NCBI RefSeq assembly: GCF_006345805.1
Contig: NC_043010.1
Location: forward strand, 50,034,001-50,098,000
DNA: 64,000 nt
From: Octopus sinensis
Taxonomy: Eukaryota
Direction: 5' to 3'
Made by a program: the position numbers and the translations under genes. The notes below the pieces were generated by a model. The model made no database searches and had not been told where the DNA came from. It saw nothing but the letters and a program-made list of their open reading frames with translations. This document shows, piece after piece, positions 1-13,680 of this stretch; the stretch's first letter is position 1; each line of letters starts with the position of its first letter.

Positions 1-755
1 ACCAAACTTTTTTTAAATGTCTTAACATTTTACGGTAAAGTTTTACATTATCTAAAATAATACGTGGTATAAAATTTTTTTAGCTGGAATGTGTTGCAAT
101 TTTTCCTAAATATTTCAACTTCATGCAAAAGATCAGGATCTATATAGACACACATTTCTCTGACTGCACTCTTCTAAAGATGGGCTTTTTGTCTGAAATA
201 TATATAAAGTTTTTTCAACTTTCATCTTTTCATTGTTAGAAGCTTTTCTCATTTATCTTTTCATTTATTATTCTACTTCTGTGCTACAATGTTTCAAGCG
301 AACTACAATGTTCTTCAATCATAACTTAATTGAACATAATCAGTACTCAAATATTTTAGCATTACGCTCGCATGCACCCCCCCCCCCCGCCATAGTTGGC
401 AAGAAGATGCTAGTCCAAACTTAGAATCAATAGAAAAACATTGAATTAGTGCTTGAACTGATGAAATTCTTAAATTCTAACTTACTAGTTAAGGTAAAAT
501 AGCCCAGCAGGTCAATAGGTGGCTGTAAGAAATACAAAAAAAAAATGTTCTGTAATTCCCCCTTGCTTCAAGCAAGTTGAAAACATTTTTGCTTATTTGC
601 AGTGAGTAGTATTGTCTCATTATGTTCACCTGTTTGATATGCATAATAATATCAACCATTCACCATACCTTTGAAACAGCTGTAAAGAATTATTTTAATT
701 TTGTTATATGTAACAGCTCCTTCAATGAATTCCTGTCATCTATAATTGTTTGTTC

Positions 756-759
<4 letters not shown>

Positions 760-831
<72 letters not shown>

Positions 832-852
832 ATATATATAATGTGTGTGTGC
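760..852. repeat. Compound microsatellite (CT)n(AT)n(GT)n, representative of many in the window
   Basis: Directly visible. Confidence 0.95.
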
Positions 853-2632
853 ATGCAACATGAAATTGAGATTTAATAAAATGTTCAATGTGTTTGTTAT
901 TTAATGGTTTAATAAAAGTAGTGGATTCTCTACAGTTTTGAGCTACATTCCTTTGCATTATGAATTGAGATCTTCCCAAGGTTGACTCTACATTTCATTG
1001 TCAAAAGTTGATAAAATGAGTGCCTGTAATGTACTGGTAGGGACTTCTGTTGACTGTTACCACTACAACCATCCTTATATCTAATTAAAAGATTAATGAT
1101 TTATATAACAATTAATGATGACAGAAAAGGAGGGTTGGACTATTAACTCATTTCTTGAAAATGAAATTAAAAAAACAAAACAAACTAAATAACTCTGATT
1201 AGTAAAGGTGATGGTAATGTGGTTTAAAGGTATTGGGTCAGTATGATGGCCAGTAGCAAAAATTCTACCAGAAATTAAGAATTTGGTATTGAATTACTCT
1301 TATATAAAGATGCCCTGTTCAGTGCATTCTGTAAGAATTACTTTTACTCCTTAGCATTTAAACCGGCCATAACAGCCCCAAATATTCTACCTGTTTTATA
1401 TTCAAACTTATACTACATGTTTATTCTAAACATATGTTTATTCCACACTATGTTTATTCTAAATAAAAATAGCTATGCCACTGAAGTTTCAAGGCTCCAA
1501 GATGATGCATAATTAATTCAAAATGATGTGAATAGATAAGCATTGCATTTGAAAGAGTAATCTGAATGTTAAAGAGTTAAAGATGAGAACTGTGGTTTTA
1601 TAACTTAATCACATAAGGGACCAGGAGATTTGGCAATTTTCTATACTTGGTAAGATGTATCAGGCTAAGTAAAATTGCAGTCTTCCACACACATATAGGC
1701 TTGTCCCTTCAGGTGTTGGCACTGCGTAAATGCTCCCATGCCAGTGTTGCATAAATGCACCCATACTGGTGCTGCATAAACATACATGTGCCAATTGCAT
1801 GTAAAAAGCACCCCACACACTCTAAGTGGTTAGCATTAGGAAAGGCATCTAGCTGTAGAAACCATGTCTCAACACACAATTGGAGTGAAAATCCGTTTGG
1901 CCGTTTCCCAGTAGTTTTGCAAACACTCGAACAGACAAAGACGAGTGACTACAATATCCCTGCTTCGCTTACACATGCAGGGTTGAACATTCCATCAAAA
2001 TTTCCAGTTAATTTCCAAACGTCAGATCAGTAACGACAAAGAATTTTACTCAATTATTGTTTTAAAAATTAATTAAAACAAAGGGAGTGTATTTCATTAG
2101 GAATATGAAACAAAAGGGTTGAATTGATTTAATTTTTGAATATCAAAGAATCAAACTATGTACAATAAATTGTATACATTAGCTTTGTGTTCTCTCAATG
2201 GTGATGTGTCTTTTGGTTGTCTCAGAGATGGAATTAAGCATGTTATAGGGGCCTGATTGTATCTGCATCTCTGGGCAAGGAACTGTTGGTGGCTTGTTTC
2301 TTTGTACTGTGTACAGTAAATGATTTTTACCTCTCACTGGATGGGTTACTTTTTTTTGTTGATCTTACCTTAATGGAACAATATACTGTGTGTGTGCATG
2401 TACATATGTATAATCATGTGTTTATGTATGTATATGTGATGCGGTTGTGTGTACATCTATATGAGGGTGGCTGGGAGTCATAAAGTGGTGGAAATATTTA
2501 ATAACATAAAAAAAAACAAAAATGGACAAAAAAAAAAAAGAAAACCAACAGAAATTGCCTTTAGTTTTAAAGTTTTATATAATTGTGTGACCCTGTTGTA
2601 TTATTTTTTAAAATTTTACTTTATTCTTTCAG

Positions 2633-2748
2633 GGAAATGGGTTGGAGTTGTATTAGATGAAGCGAAAGGTAAGAACAATGGAACTGTACAAGGCAAGACT
2701 TACTTTCAAAGTCCCGAAAACCATGGAATCTTTGTGCGTCAGTCACAG
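2633..2748 (+). CDS. DCTN1: DCTN1 exon: C-terminal half of CAP-Gly domain ([39 protein letters not shown])
   Basis: ttctttcag acceptor, cag|gtacag donor, phase 1->0; CAP-Gly GKN(D/N)G motif. Confidence 0.96.
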
Positions 2749-4656
2749 GTACAGCAACGTCAATAATAATTCATCTTTTTGCATCCGAGTCATTGTTCTA
2801 TTGCATACTGTGTCCATAACATTTATCCAGATTTTTGCTATTTATTGTAGAAGTCATGTTTGGTGTGGCTGTGACAATGTCTGACTCAGTGAATTAGAAT
2901 TAGCTTCATTTTTCTTGATTGTTGGAATAAAATCTAAAAAAACAAACAAACAAAGGCACTAGTAAGAATTGACTCCTATTTACTTTTGGATTGGTGCTTG
3001 TAAATGTTTACCAATTAATATATACGTGGTCTGATCAATAAGTATCCAGTCTGTTGCCATAGTAACGAAGTTAAAGCATGCAGAGGGAAGCCACTTGGTA
3101 CAGATTGACCTTGAACTCTGCTGTTCATCTGCACTAAGTTTTAACATTCTAGCTCACTTCTGCTATTTACAGCAGTGCTTGGAAGGAAGGTGTGTATAGC
3201 GTGTGATTGTTGCATTAACCATAAGAGTTGAGCAGAGAATCTGCATCAAATTTTGCCAAAAGCTCGACGATACCTGTTTAGAGGCCTATGCAGAGTTTTC
3301 AAAAAATTTTCCTCGTTCTCAACACAATGAAGGAGAGCTTGAGCAACTGAAACCCGAGTGGCTTCTTGGCCAGCTTAAAGCAGTTTTGCTACAAACTTGG
3401 CAGACACGCATCTCATGCCCAAATCTTCAGTGATAATGGACTGAACTGAACTGAACTGTAACTAATGTGCATGTCCTTTGATAACTCACAGATGTTGATT
3501 CGATGATTTCCCCTCACAGCTGCACACACATCTGTGATGTTTTACTCAGTTCTGCTGGTTGCAGGTCTCCCAGAACGTTCATCAGTATCGACATTTTTCG
3601 GCCATCTTGGAAACAACTGAAACACTCGTACACTTGCGTGTGGCTCATACATTCCTCTCCACACATCTTCTGCAACTTTGTGTAGGCCTCTGATTAAGTA
3701 TCGCCATGACAACTTTCTCTGTCATGGTCAATGCGATGATCACACACTACACATCTTCCTACCAAGCACTGCTGTAAACAGCGAATGTGAGCTAGAATGT
3801 TAAAACTTTGTGTGCATGCACAGCAGAGTTCAAGCTCAATTTCTGCCAAGTGGTTTCCTTCTGTGTACTTTAGCTTTGTTACTATGGCAACAGTCCGGTT
3901 ACTTAATACCAACATAAAAACAGTAATCTTATGCTTCAACCTGTGTAGTATAATGTAAACTAGTAGCAGTTGTAGTTATGTATAGTTTTTATCTACAAAA
4001 ATAGTTGAGGGCATTTAAATGTCCCAGAATTAACTATCTATTTCAGTGAAATTGGTCAAATTAAAAAAAAAAAAACTGACTAAATTTTATGTTTATTACT
4101 TATGATACCAAAACAAATAGATTTATAAATCTTATGTCAAAACTTTATTGAAAATTTTCAACATGTGCTGTCTGTCTGCATCCCTGCAATTTCCAAATCT
4201 GCCCTTAGCGTTGTGAAACACATTTTGAAGCATTTGAGGAATAATCTCTTGCACTGCTAACTAAATGCATTCTTTATGTTCAGCTAAACTATTGCTCCAT
4301 CCTAGGGATGAAGGTATAGAAAATGGTTGCAGCCAAATTGAAAAAAACAAGCAAAACCATCATGGAATAGATAAGCAGGAGCCAACAGGACTGAAAATAA
4401 AATCATTAAAATAAAAAAGAATAAAATTATAAACAAAATAAAAAATTTATACACTTCTGACACATATTACTCTTTTACTTGTTTCAGTCATTTGACTGTG
4501 GCCATGCTGGAGCACTGCCTTTAGTCAAGCAAATTGACCCCAGGACTTATTCTTTGTAAGCCTAGTACTTATTCTATCGGTCTCTTGCCGAACTGCTAAG
4601 TTCCGGGGATGTAAACACACCAGCATCAGTTGTCAAGCAATGTTAGGTGGACAAAT

Positions 4657-4692
<36 letters not shown>

Positions 4693-7600
4693 ACATATAT
4701 ATGACGGGCTTCTTTCAGTTTCCATCAACCAAATCCACTCACAAGGCTTTAATTGGCCCAAGGCTATAGTAGAAGACACTTGCCCAAGGTGCCATGCAGT
4801 GAGACTGAACCCGGAACCATGTGGTTGGTAAACATGATAAACATAAATGAAAGTGAGTTTTTTAAAATATTGACTGATTTCACTGAAATAGATAGTTCAT
4901 TCTGGGACACCAGGTAATTTCAGAGTAGAAATTAAAAATGTTCTTGGTGGTTTGGGGTTCAAATATTTTTCTTATTTCCAGCCCTATTTGCACCTATGCC
5001 AATTTATCTCTTATATACTAGAGTCTTTGTGTATAAAATAATTTTTTTGTGTTCTTTTCTCAAGGATATTTGACGCATAATTGTAGTGAAATAGTGCCAA
5101 TTCTTTGTGTAGAAACAACCAGGTTCTATTTGAGCCTGTGAGGCAACAGCTTCCAAATTTGCTTGATACTCTAAAAATAATAGCTATATTTCTTTTCGAA
5201 TCAGAGAATGCTTCCATTTTAAAGCCTCTCATTAAGGATGTCTGTTATGGTTAGCTCTGAGATGATTGTAGTTCTTATAACTATTAAGACAAGAAGTAAA
5301 ATGATTGATGTGTTGAGATAATAGCTGGATGTGTTTTTTTAATGAAAATACCTAAACCATAACAATACTAATGATTTTATAATCTTTCATATATGTTGTG
5401 TTTTCAGTTCAAGAGAAACTTAACATTGTCTTTTAGTTCCTGCTGTTGAGTTATTGCTAAATTTGCATGTGTTCTTATTACTTACCATTGTTCAATGTAG
5501 TGATTAGTGGAAGATGAAGAAATCAATAACAAATATGCTTGGATGTATTGATTGGCATTGGTTGTTATTGTTATGATTTACTGTAGTTAAAACAGTAGAG
5601 TTTTTTAAAGTTGTGTTGCATTGCATTCTGGGTTGAAATCCTGTCGGGGTCTGAATTTGCCTTTTTATCTCTTGTTTAATCTATGGTTGCTAATATCATC
5701 TAAAATGTAGACCAAGCAAACAGAGCAATAAACTGGATGAGTGGTTTTCGACAAAGGTTCATTGACTTCATAAATGTCTATGCATTAGAAGAACCACACC
5801 CTGAAGTGATTCACTCAAATGGATCTAGTGTCTTTTATCTTGTTTCAATCACTGGACTGCAGCAATGCTAGGGCGCTACCTGGAAGGGTTTAGTTGAACA
5901 ATTTGGCCCCAGTTTTTATTTTTAACCCCAATTCTTATTCTATCGGTTTCTTATGCCAAACTGCTAAGTTATGGGGATGTAAACAAACTAACACCAGTTG
6001 TCATGCAATGGTGATATGATGCACGCACATTCACACACATCTATCCATCCATCTACAAAATCCATTTGCAAGGCTTTGGTAAGCCTGGAGCTATAATAGA
6101 AGACACTTGGCTAAGTTGTTGCCCAGCAGGACTGAACCCAAGTCCATGTGATTGGGAAGCAAGCTTCTTAATCACGCAACCGTGCCCATGCCAGATAGTG
6201 AGTTTTCTAGCTTAAACATTTGTGATTCATTTTTACTGTTGGCATTTCATTGTATATTTAGTCACGTCTCAATTTATCCAGCTGTTGGAAGTAGATATCA
6301 GATCATCTGGAAATGCAGCATAAGATAGGCCAGCATTGTTACCTAAGGGAAGATCGACCTTTCAGTTGCTTCAGGCAAGATAAAGAAGAGAAAAAATAGG
6401 GGAGAGGAGGGGGTTAATATCTTGTCTCTGGAAGTCCTCTGGGGCTTATGAGGTGTTCCTCTTTCAGAGAATGTAAAAACTAGGTTGTTACCCAATGCAT
6501 AAATTTGCATTCATTTTCTGTAACCACTGTTGGTTTTGTTCTTAACTGTAATATCAATTATCTAAACCAGTGGTTCTCGGCCACTTTTTATCTATGGACC
6601 CCTCTGATTGCAATTTTTATTCTGGTGGACCCCCTTATCCATTTGATGTTTAAAAACTAGTTTTATAGATCCTTCTTTCAAAATTCTTATTTTGCTTTTC
6701 ACACATTCACTTCTGTAAGCTGAACTATGTAAAACTTTTGAGAAAGAATTTACTGTTTTGCTTGTGTGTCCCCACCTCCCAGTCTTACATGGCTCCCTAG
6801 GGGGTCATATGGACTGCAGGTGAGAAGCAATGATCTAAACTAAATACTATTCTCAAGTAACCAACTGATTAGTGCAGGAAAAAAAATGTATCCAGATAAA
6901 TTAGAATTTTATTTTGAAACTTATTTAAAAAAAAAAATTTTGCAGGTAGTTTTTAAAAATCTATTTCTCCTTTTATTGGAAATTTGATTCTGTTTTAGTA
7001 TTTATTTCTTCATGTGCTGTTTTATCAAACTTAACTGTTCAAAGAAACACACACACATGTATATTAGTGTGTGTTCCCTTCCACAGTTGAGTTTGATAAG
7101 ACACTACATGACCCTTTGAACCCCATTCCAGGCTCCTACATAGACAACATCTATAAGACGAGACTTTAAGATATAATTTTTGAACATGTTCTTAACTATG
7201 CACAAAATATGAGAACAGACTGTTTTTAATTTCTAATTTTTTCTTATTTCCTAATTTTTGACTTTCAGTTTTAAAAATGTGATAAGATGGACATACATAT
7301 TGAAATCAGTAATAATTTATAAAAGTCACTTAATGTAACAAATATTAAAAAAAATTTTAAAAGCTTACTTTCATGCTGTTTCCACCTTTATTTTTTAACT
7401 ATATATAAAGTGTGTGTGTGAAGGTGGCAGCACATAGTACTTCCAGCAGAGGTGGAATGTTGTGGGTTCATAATTTGATTCACTGTCCTGCTTGGCTGGT
7501 ATTAGGCTTAGGGTAAATAGGGGAGCAGTGATTCAGGGACTTGAAATGAAAACAGAAAGTGCTTCATTGCAAATAAAGCAGAAGTATGTGAGAAAAACAC

Positions 7601-9618
7601 TAGAGCCGAGAGTAAGGAATGAATCTGCATTTTGTAGTAAAATATAATAGTTGCTACTTAGTTAGAAGTACACTCAGCTGACTGTGGTGCCTGCAAGGAT
7701 AAACTGTAAGAAAAAGTATATTATCTATGGGCGCCAAAGGAATTTGGAGATTCTGTGATGTTCAGCTCCACTGGAAGGAGCAATACTGTTGGTAGGTATC
7801 AAAATCATTGAGATCTTGTGTCGAAAGCTGATGCAGGTAGAATCCCATTGTGCAAGCTGTGTATAATAAGATATTATGTATGTGTGTGTATGTATAAACT
7901 GATTTAGAGAGCTATAGCAATGCTTTTAGGGAAAGATTAAATGTAAATAGAGTAAAAATAATGCTTGAATTTTTACCTCAAAACACTTGAATGATCCTTA
8001 TATTTCACTGAAATATAGGAATTATTAGATACTTTTTAGGTAAAAGGTTTTTTTTTGTTTATATTTAATCTTCTCCTGATTACATTTCTCTGGTTTTCTA
8101 AATTGCTGTTTTTTTTTTTCATGTTTCACATTGCTTCAAACAAAGAATATAGTATGACTTTATCATTAGTTACAATTGCTTCTGTACCACTCCGTTTCTA
8201 ACCCCATTGTATGTAAAGGGTTTCATATGAAAACTTATGTAATATGTGTGACTGAAGTGGCACTTCATTAGACTAGCATTAAGTCCAGTGTTTTTTAGCA
8301 CACTGTAAAAAGGTATGACTTAATGCTAATCTTATGAAGTACCACCTCAGTATAAGCAGTTGTACTGTATGGCATAACTTTTCCACATAGCATCATTTAC
8401 ATGCAGTAGGGTGGTACAGAAACAATTGCAGCTAATTGCGGTGAGCTGGCAGAAACGTTAGCGCGCCAGGCGAAATGCTTAGCAGTATTTCGTCTGCCGT
8501 TACGTTCTGAGTTCAAATTCCGCCAAGGTCGACTTTGCCTTTCATCCTTTCGGGGGTCGATAAATAAAGTACCAGTTATGCACTGGGGGTTGATGTAATT
8601 GACTTAATCCCTTTGTCTGTCCTTGTTTGTCCCCTCTGTGTTTAGCCCCTTGTGGGCAATAAAGAAATATGTAAGAAGGCGGCGAGCTGGCAGAATGGTT
8701 AGCACGCCAGGCGAAATGCATACCGGTATTTCATCTGCCGCTACGTTCTGAGTTCAAATTCCGCTGAGGTCGACTTTGCCCTTCATCCTTTCGGGGTCGA
8801 TGAAATAAGTACCAATTACACAGTGGGGTCGATACAATCGACTTAATCCGTTTGTCTGTTCTTGTTTGTCTTCTCTGTGTTTAGCCCCTTGTGGGTAGTA
8901 AGGAAATATAGTTGTGCTACATTCATTGTTTGTCTTCTTACTTGTGTTTTATCTTACTTTGTAAGAATTACTGTTTTTATCAGTGATGTACCTGGAATTT
9001 TTGCACCAATAGATTTTCAAGTTTTCTCAGAATTGCATTATGAGAGACTGAGGAATTTGGGTTGGGTGCTGTGTTGGAAATACACTGATTCTCTACCTGT
9101 TTGGAATGTACATTGTGTGTGTGTGTGTGTATAAACTTTTTTCTTCAAAACTTGAATTGCGTATCACTAACAATCTTGAGTTAGAAGAAAAAGAAATTCA
9201 CTTTAAATAATATACTCTACATATATTGAGTATTGTTTTTCTCTTTTGTTGATAAACTAAAACATTTGAAGATGTGTGTATATTGTGTGTGAGTGTATGC
9301 ACACACATACACGTATATACATATATACATGTGTGTGCTGAATGGTTAGGAATTGAATTGGAAGTAAAGTCATCTGACAGGATGTGTGATTGACTGTTTA
9401 ACTCTTTCTTAAATTCTTCTTTTCCTTACAAGATTCGTCTTGCAAGTCAGGTGAGAAACACTTTTAATGGTTCACTTTACTTCTTTCTCATGTATCCCAG
9501 AACTTTCTCCTCTTTTCTTATTCTGGGGGAAGGTAGTGTAGTGAGGTGGGGATATCTCTAAAACATTTAAATATATATACATATCTATTAGCATATGCAA
9601 GTTTTTCTATATTTCTTA

Positions 9619-9650
<32 letters not shown>

Positions 9651-12600
9651 TATCCTTTCCATAGCAACCAAATTTTGCATTGCTCTGTACTATCTTTGTT
9701 GATGATGACAATTGAAGAACATTTAATTTACTAAAATAGTCATTACAATAACTAACTTAGTTTCTGTTTTCCATATTAATTTGCAAATTTTCAGCCCTTC
9801 CCTCTCTCTGTCTCTCTCCCTCTCTCTCTCCCCTCTCGTTTTCTGTGGCTGTTGCTAAATATTGGCCTCGCCTCATGTCTTATCGATGATGTATGCAATG
9901 AGAAACTATCCTAAATCTCATTGGATTATCCTATCCAGCTTCTCAGCTATTGGTCTCCACTTAAAGTAGCATGTCAACCAGCTTGCCTTAATGCATTTTA
10001 ATCCCCTCCACCTCTATCTACAATTGCCGCAGCCAAAATATCCCTGTTTCTTTCAGCTCTAGTCTCTCCACTGACTCTGATGCCTTCTTGTTTTACCTTT
10101 TGAAGATGATGAAAGTTAACATTCAGCCCGTTTTGTCAACCTCTTAATCTTTGTTAAACAGCAGCAATCTTTTCCTTGAGTATTCATGTTTATCAAATGA
10201 ACATATGTTCTTTGATTGTCTTTTTATAACACACTACTACATATATTTCTTTTGTATTAAGATTGAAATCAGAACTTTTTTTTTTTTTTTTTTTTTCACA
10301 TTTTTCTTTTCTTAGCCTGACAGGGATTGCTCAAACTGTGATCTTTGCCAGACCCTTCTCAAGTTGGAAACTTTATTACAACTTGTAGAGTTCATTACCA
10401 TTTTGTATTGCTGTTCCTATGTCTATTCAAGGCCTATTCTATTTGTCAGTTTTGGTCATACATGTGTTAATTTTAGTTAAAGACTGCCTTGACGTAACCA
10501 TTTTGGGTTAGTTAGTATTCTTATGTTCTGATACCAGGTAATTTTTTTTCAGCTTCCACAAGTATTCCTTGCCTGTAATAAGAGATGAGTCCCATTCTGG
10601 CATGACCATTCATTTATATCTTTTGTTACTGTCATTAACTCATCTAGTTGATCCAACAAGCTTCAATGCAATGTTCCACTTGCTAGAAATATAGCTAAAT
10701 CTCTTTCAAATCACTTCCTGTCATCTACAAAATATAATGATCCCGTCTTGAAAGAAAACACGAGATAATCTTGGTTGGAATATCTTTTCTTATTGGTCAG
10801 TACAATTAAGGCTTGAGTTGGATTAAGCACTATTACATACAATTAAGCAAGCCAATCAGCAAGTCCTTATTTAGAAATTGACCTACTTGAGATAACACTT
10901 AAATCTCCTATGAATTACAACCTAATGTCTTGTCAAAAAATATGAGTCCTACATATACTGACTAAAAGGTAGGCTGGTCACTGCTTTTGATCATAAGTGC
11001 TTGATCAGGGTTAACTGGGAGCTGAACCTCACCATTGCTATATATTTAGAATTTCTTATTTGTATAAATATAGGTGTACTGGGTGCTTTTTTTTTCATGA
11101 CACCAGCACTAATGATGATAACCCTGTAAATTAAGGCTTTAGCCTTGAAACTTACAAGATGACGATTATAAGTGCTGGTGTCATGGAAAAACTAAACACC
11201 CAGCACACATAAAGTGGCTGTCATTAGGAAGGACATCCAGCTTTAGCAACCATGCTAGTGTAGATATTAGTGCAAGATGCAGTCCTTCAATTCATCAGAC
11301 CCTGTCAAACTATTCAACTTGCCACCACATGGAGACCAGATGTTAAATGACAATGTTATGATGATGCTGTGTAACACCATTCATATTGTTGTGAATACTT
11401 CACACCCATAAAATGATTTAAGATTTTCTTTTTTTTTATGTCTTTCTGTTAATTTAAAATGTATCCATGATCGTTTGATATTTGAATATTCCTGGAGCTA
11501 ATTATGAAATATATATTGAGCCAATCTCTAGTAAATCTGCATGATGTCATGTCTAAATGTAGTATTCTTTGTTAGTTGTTCAATAATTCTTAAAGTGGAG
11601 GAAGAAAAAACAGATCAAAAGAGTCTGATATTGATTTACTTTCTCCATAGCCTTAAAATTAATAAGTTGAAATTTAGTAGTGTGTGTCTGAGATCATTAT
11701 CATAATTTAGCATCCATTTCCAATGGTGCCATGTGTTGAATAGTTTAACAGGAGCCAGAAAGCTGCACAAGGTTCCAATTTCCTGTTTTGGCATGGTTTC
11801 TATAGCTGGATGCCCTTCCTAATGCCAACCACTTTACAGAATGTACAGGGTGCTTTTTACATGACACCATTTCAGGTGCTTTTTATGTGGCAATAAAAGT
11901 AGCTCTAGAATAAAATCTTTGACATAATTGATATATATATATATAATTTTGAAAAGTCTGAATTTTACAATAATATACATACATAAAGTATGTCATCATC
12001 ATCGTTTAATGTCCATTTTCCATGCTAGCATGAGTTGGACGATTTGACTGAGGTCTGACGAACCAGATGGCTGCACCAGACTCCAATCTGATCTGGCAGA
12101 GTTTCTACAGCTGGATGTCCTTCCTAATGCCAACCACTCTGAGAGTGTAGTGGGTGCTTTTACATGCCACCGGCATGAGGGCCAGTCAGGCAGTACTGGC
12201 AACGGCCATGCTCAAATGGTGCTTTTTATGTGCCACCTGCATAGGAACCAGTCCAGTGGCACTGGCAATGACCTCGCTTGAATGTTTCTTTTCATGTGCC
12301 ACCAGCACAAGTGCTAGTAAGGCGATGCAGGTAATGATCACACTCAAATGGTGCTTTTAATGTGCCATTGGCATGGAGGCCAGCTCTCACTTGTATGGTA
12401 CTCTTAGCATTCCACTAGCAAGGATGCCAGTCATCGAATTTGATTTTGATTTCACTTGCCTCAGCAGGTCTTCGCAAGCAGAGTTTGGTGTCCAATGAAG
12501 GAAAGGCACGCATAAGTGGACTGGTTACACCTCTGGCATAGGCCACAAGGTTATGGTCTCACTTGCACTTGCTGAGTCTTCTCAAGCACAGCATAAACTA

Positions 12601-13647
12601 ATATAGATATATTTGTTCACTTTTATTCTAGTAATTCCATTATTAGTATGAGGGTGTGGTTTGATAGTATTGTTAGTATTGAAAAAAATGTCTCATGGTA
12701 TTTCTCTCAACCGTTATGCCGATATTGATCTAATCAACTATATACCAGCTCCCATTTTAGAACCTGTGCCTGTTTTACTAATTTTTTTTTTTTAGGAATT
12801 CTTTTATCAAATATCTGTATTTACATTTTTTATTTTATTGGTTTGCATCCCACTGCAGATGTTCTGTGTCATGCTCTCTGCTTTCTTAATGATATACGTG
12901 AAATATTAAAAATTATTTTTGGTATTTTGTCACATTTAAAACAAAAAATATTTGCCCAGTAATAACAGTGAAATATAGTAATTTTTGCTGAAATATTAGG
13001 AAAGATATTAATAATATTTGGCTTAGCTCTATTTACTGTCTAATACATATATTTAGTGTAGGAACATATATGCCAGTCGTGAACAAACTGCAACCCATGG
13101 GATTTGCTGAATGGCATGCCTAACAAAAAATTAGCTTGAATGTTTTTTTCAGTGGCACAACTTGCCTGATAATGAATGAGCTATGTCTCATATGACCTAC
13201 TTCTCAAAAAAGGTTGTTCATACTTTTTACCATGCAACTACTAAACCTGCTTGAAATAATGATCAAATCTCTCTCAAATCACATATTCCCCAGCTTTAAA
13301 AAAATGTATTCCATAATTGGTCTGCATGATCAAAGCTACCGTGAGGGTCAACCAAAAAGTTTTGATATTTTTTTTTTTGACTTTCCATAGAAGTTATTCA
13401 CATTCTTCATTATATCTTCCTCAAAAGGAGAAAAAGCAGCAGAGCTTTTAAGACTGGTAGGTGAAAGTGGTGAAGATCTTGATATCTTCAGACTGTAGAC
13501 CATATCTGAATGTTTCCACCAAAGTGGACAGAACTATGTACTTGTATTAAAGAAGGTGATAAAGACTGTCACCATTATTTTATTTCATTTTATTTATTTA
13601 TTTCATCTAGTTTCAGCTCATGAGCTGTGGCCATGCTGGGGCACCAC

Positions 13648-13680
<33 letters not shown>

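Noticed and set aside
8438-8530. tRNA gene suggested by A/B-box-like motifs
   Set aside because: No cloverleaf; it is the head of a multi-copy SINE.
10316-10480. Strong pyrimidine-tract acceptor followed by a short open frame
   Set aside because: No plausible donor before the stop; the tract is a poly-T run.
12859-12897. 39-nt ATG-starting segment after a CAG acceptor ([13 protein letters not shown])
   Set aside because: Weak C|GTGAAA donor and a peptide typical of T-rich intron translation.
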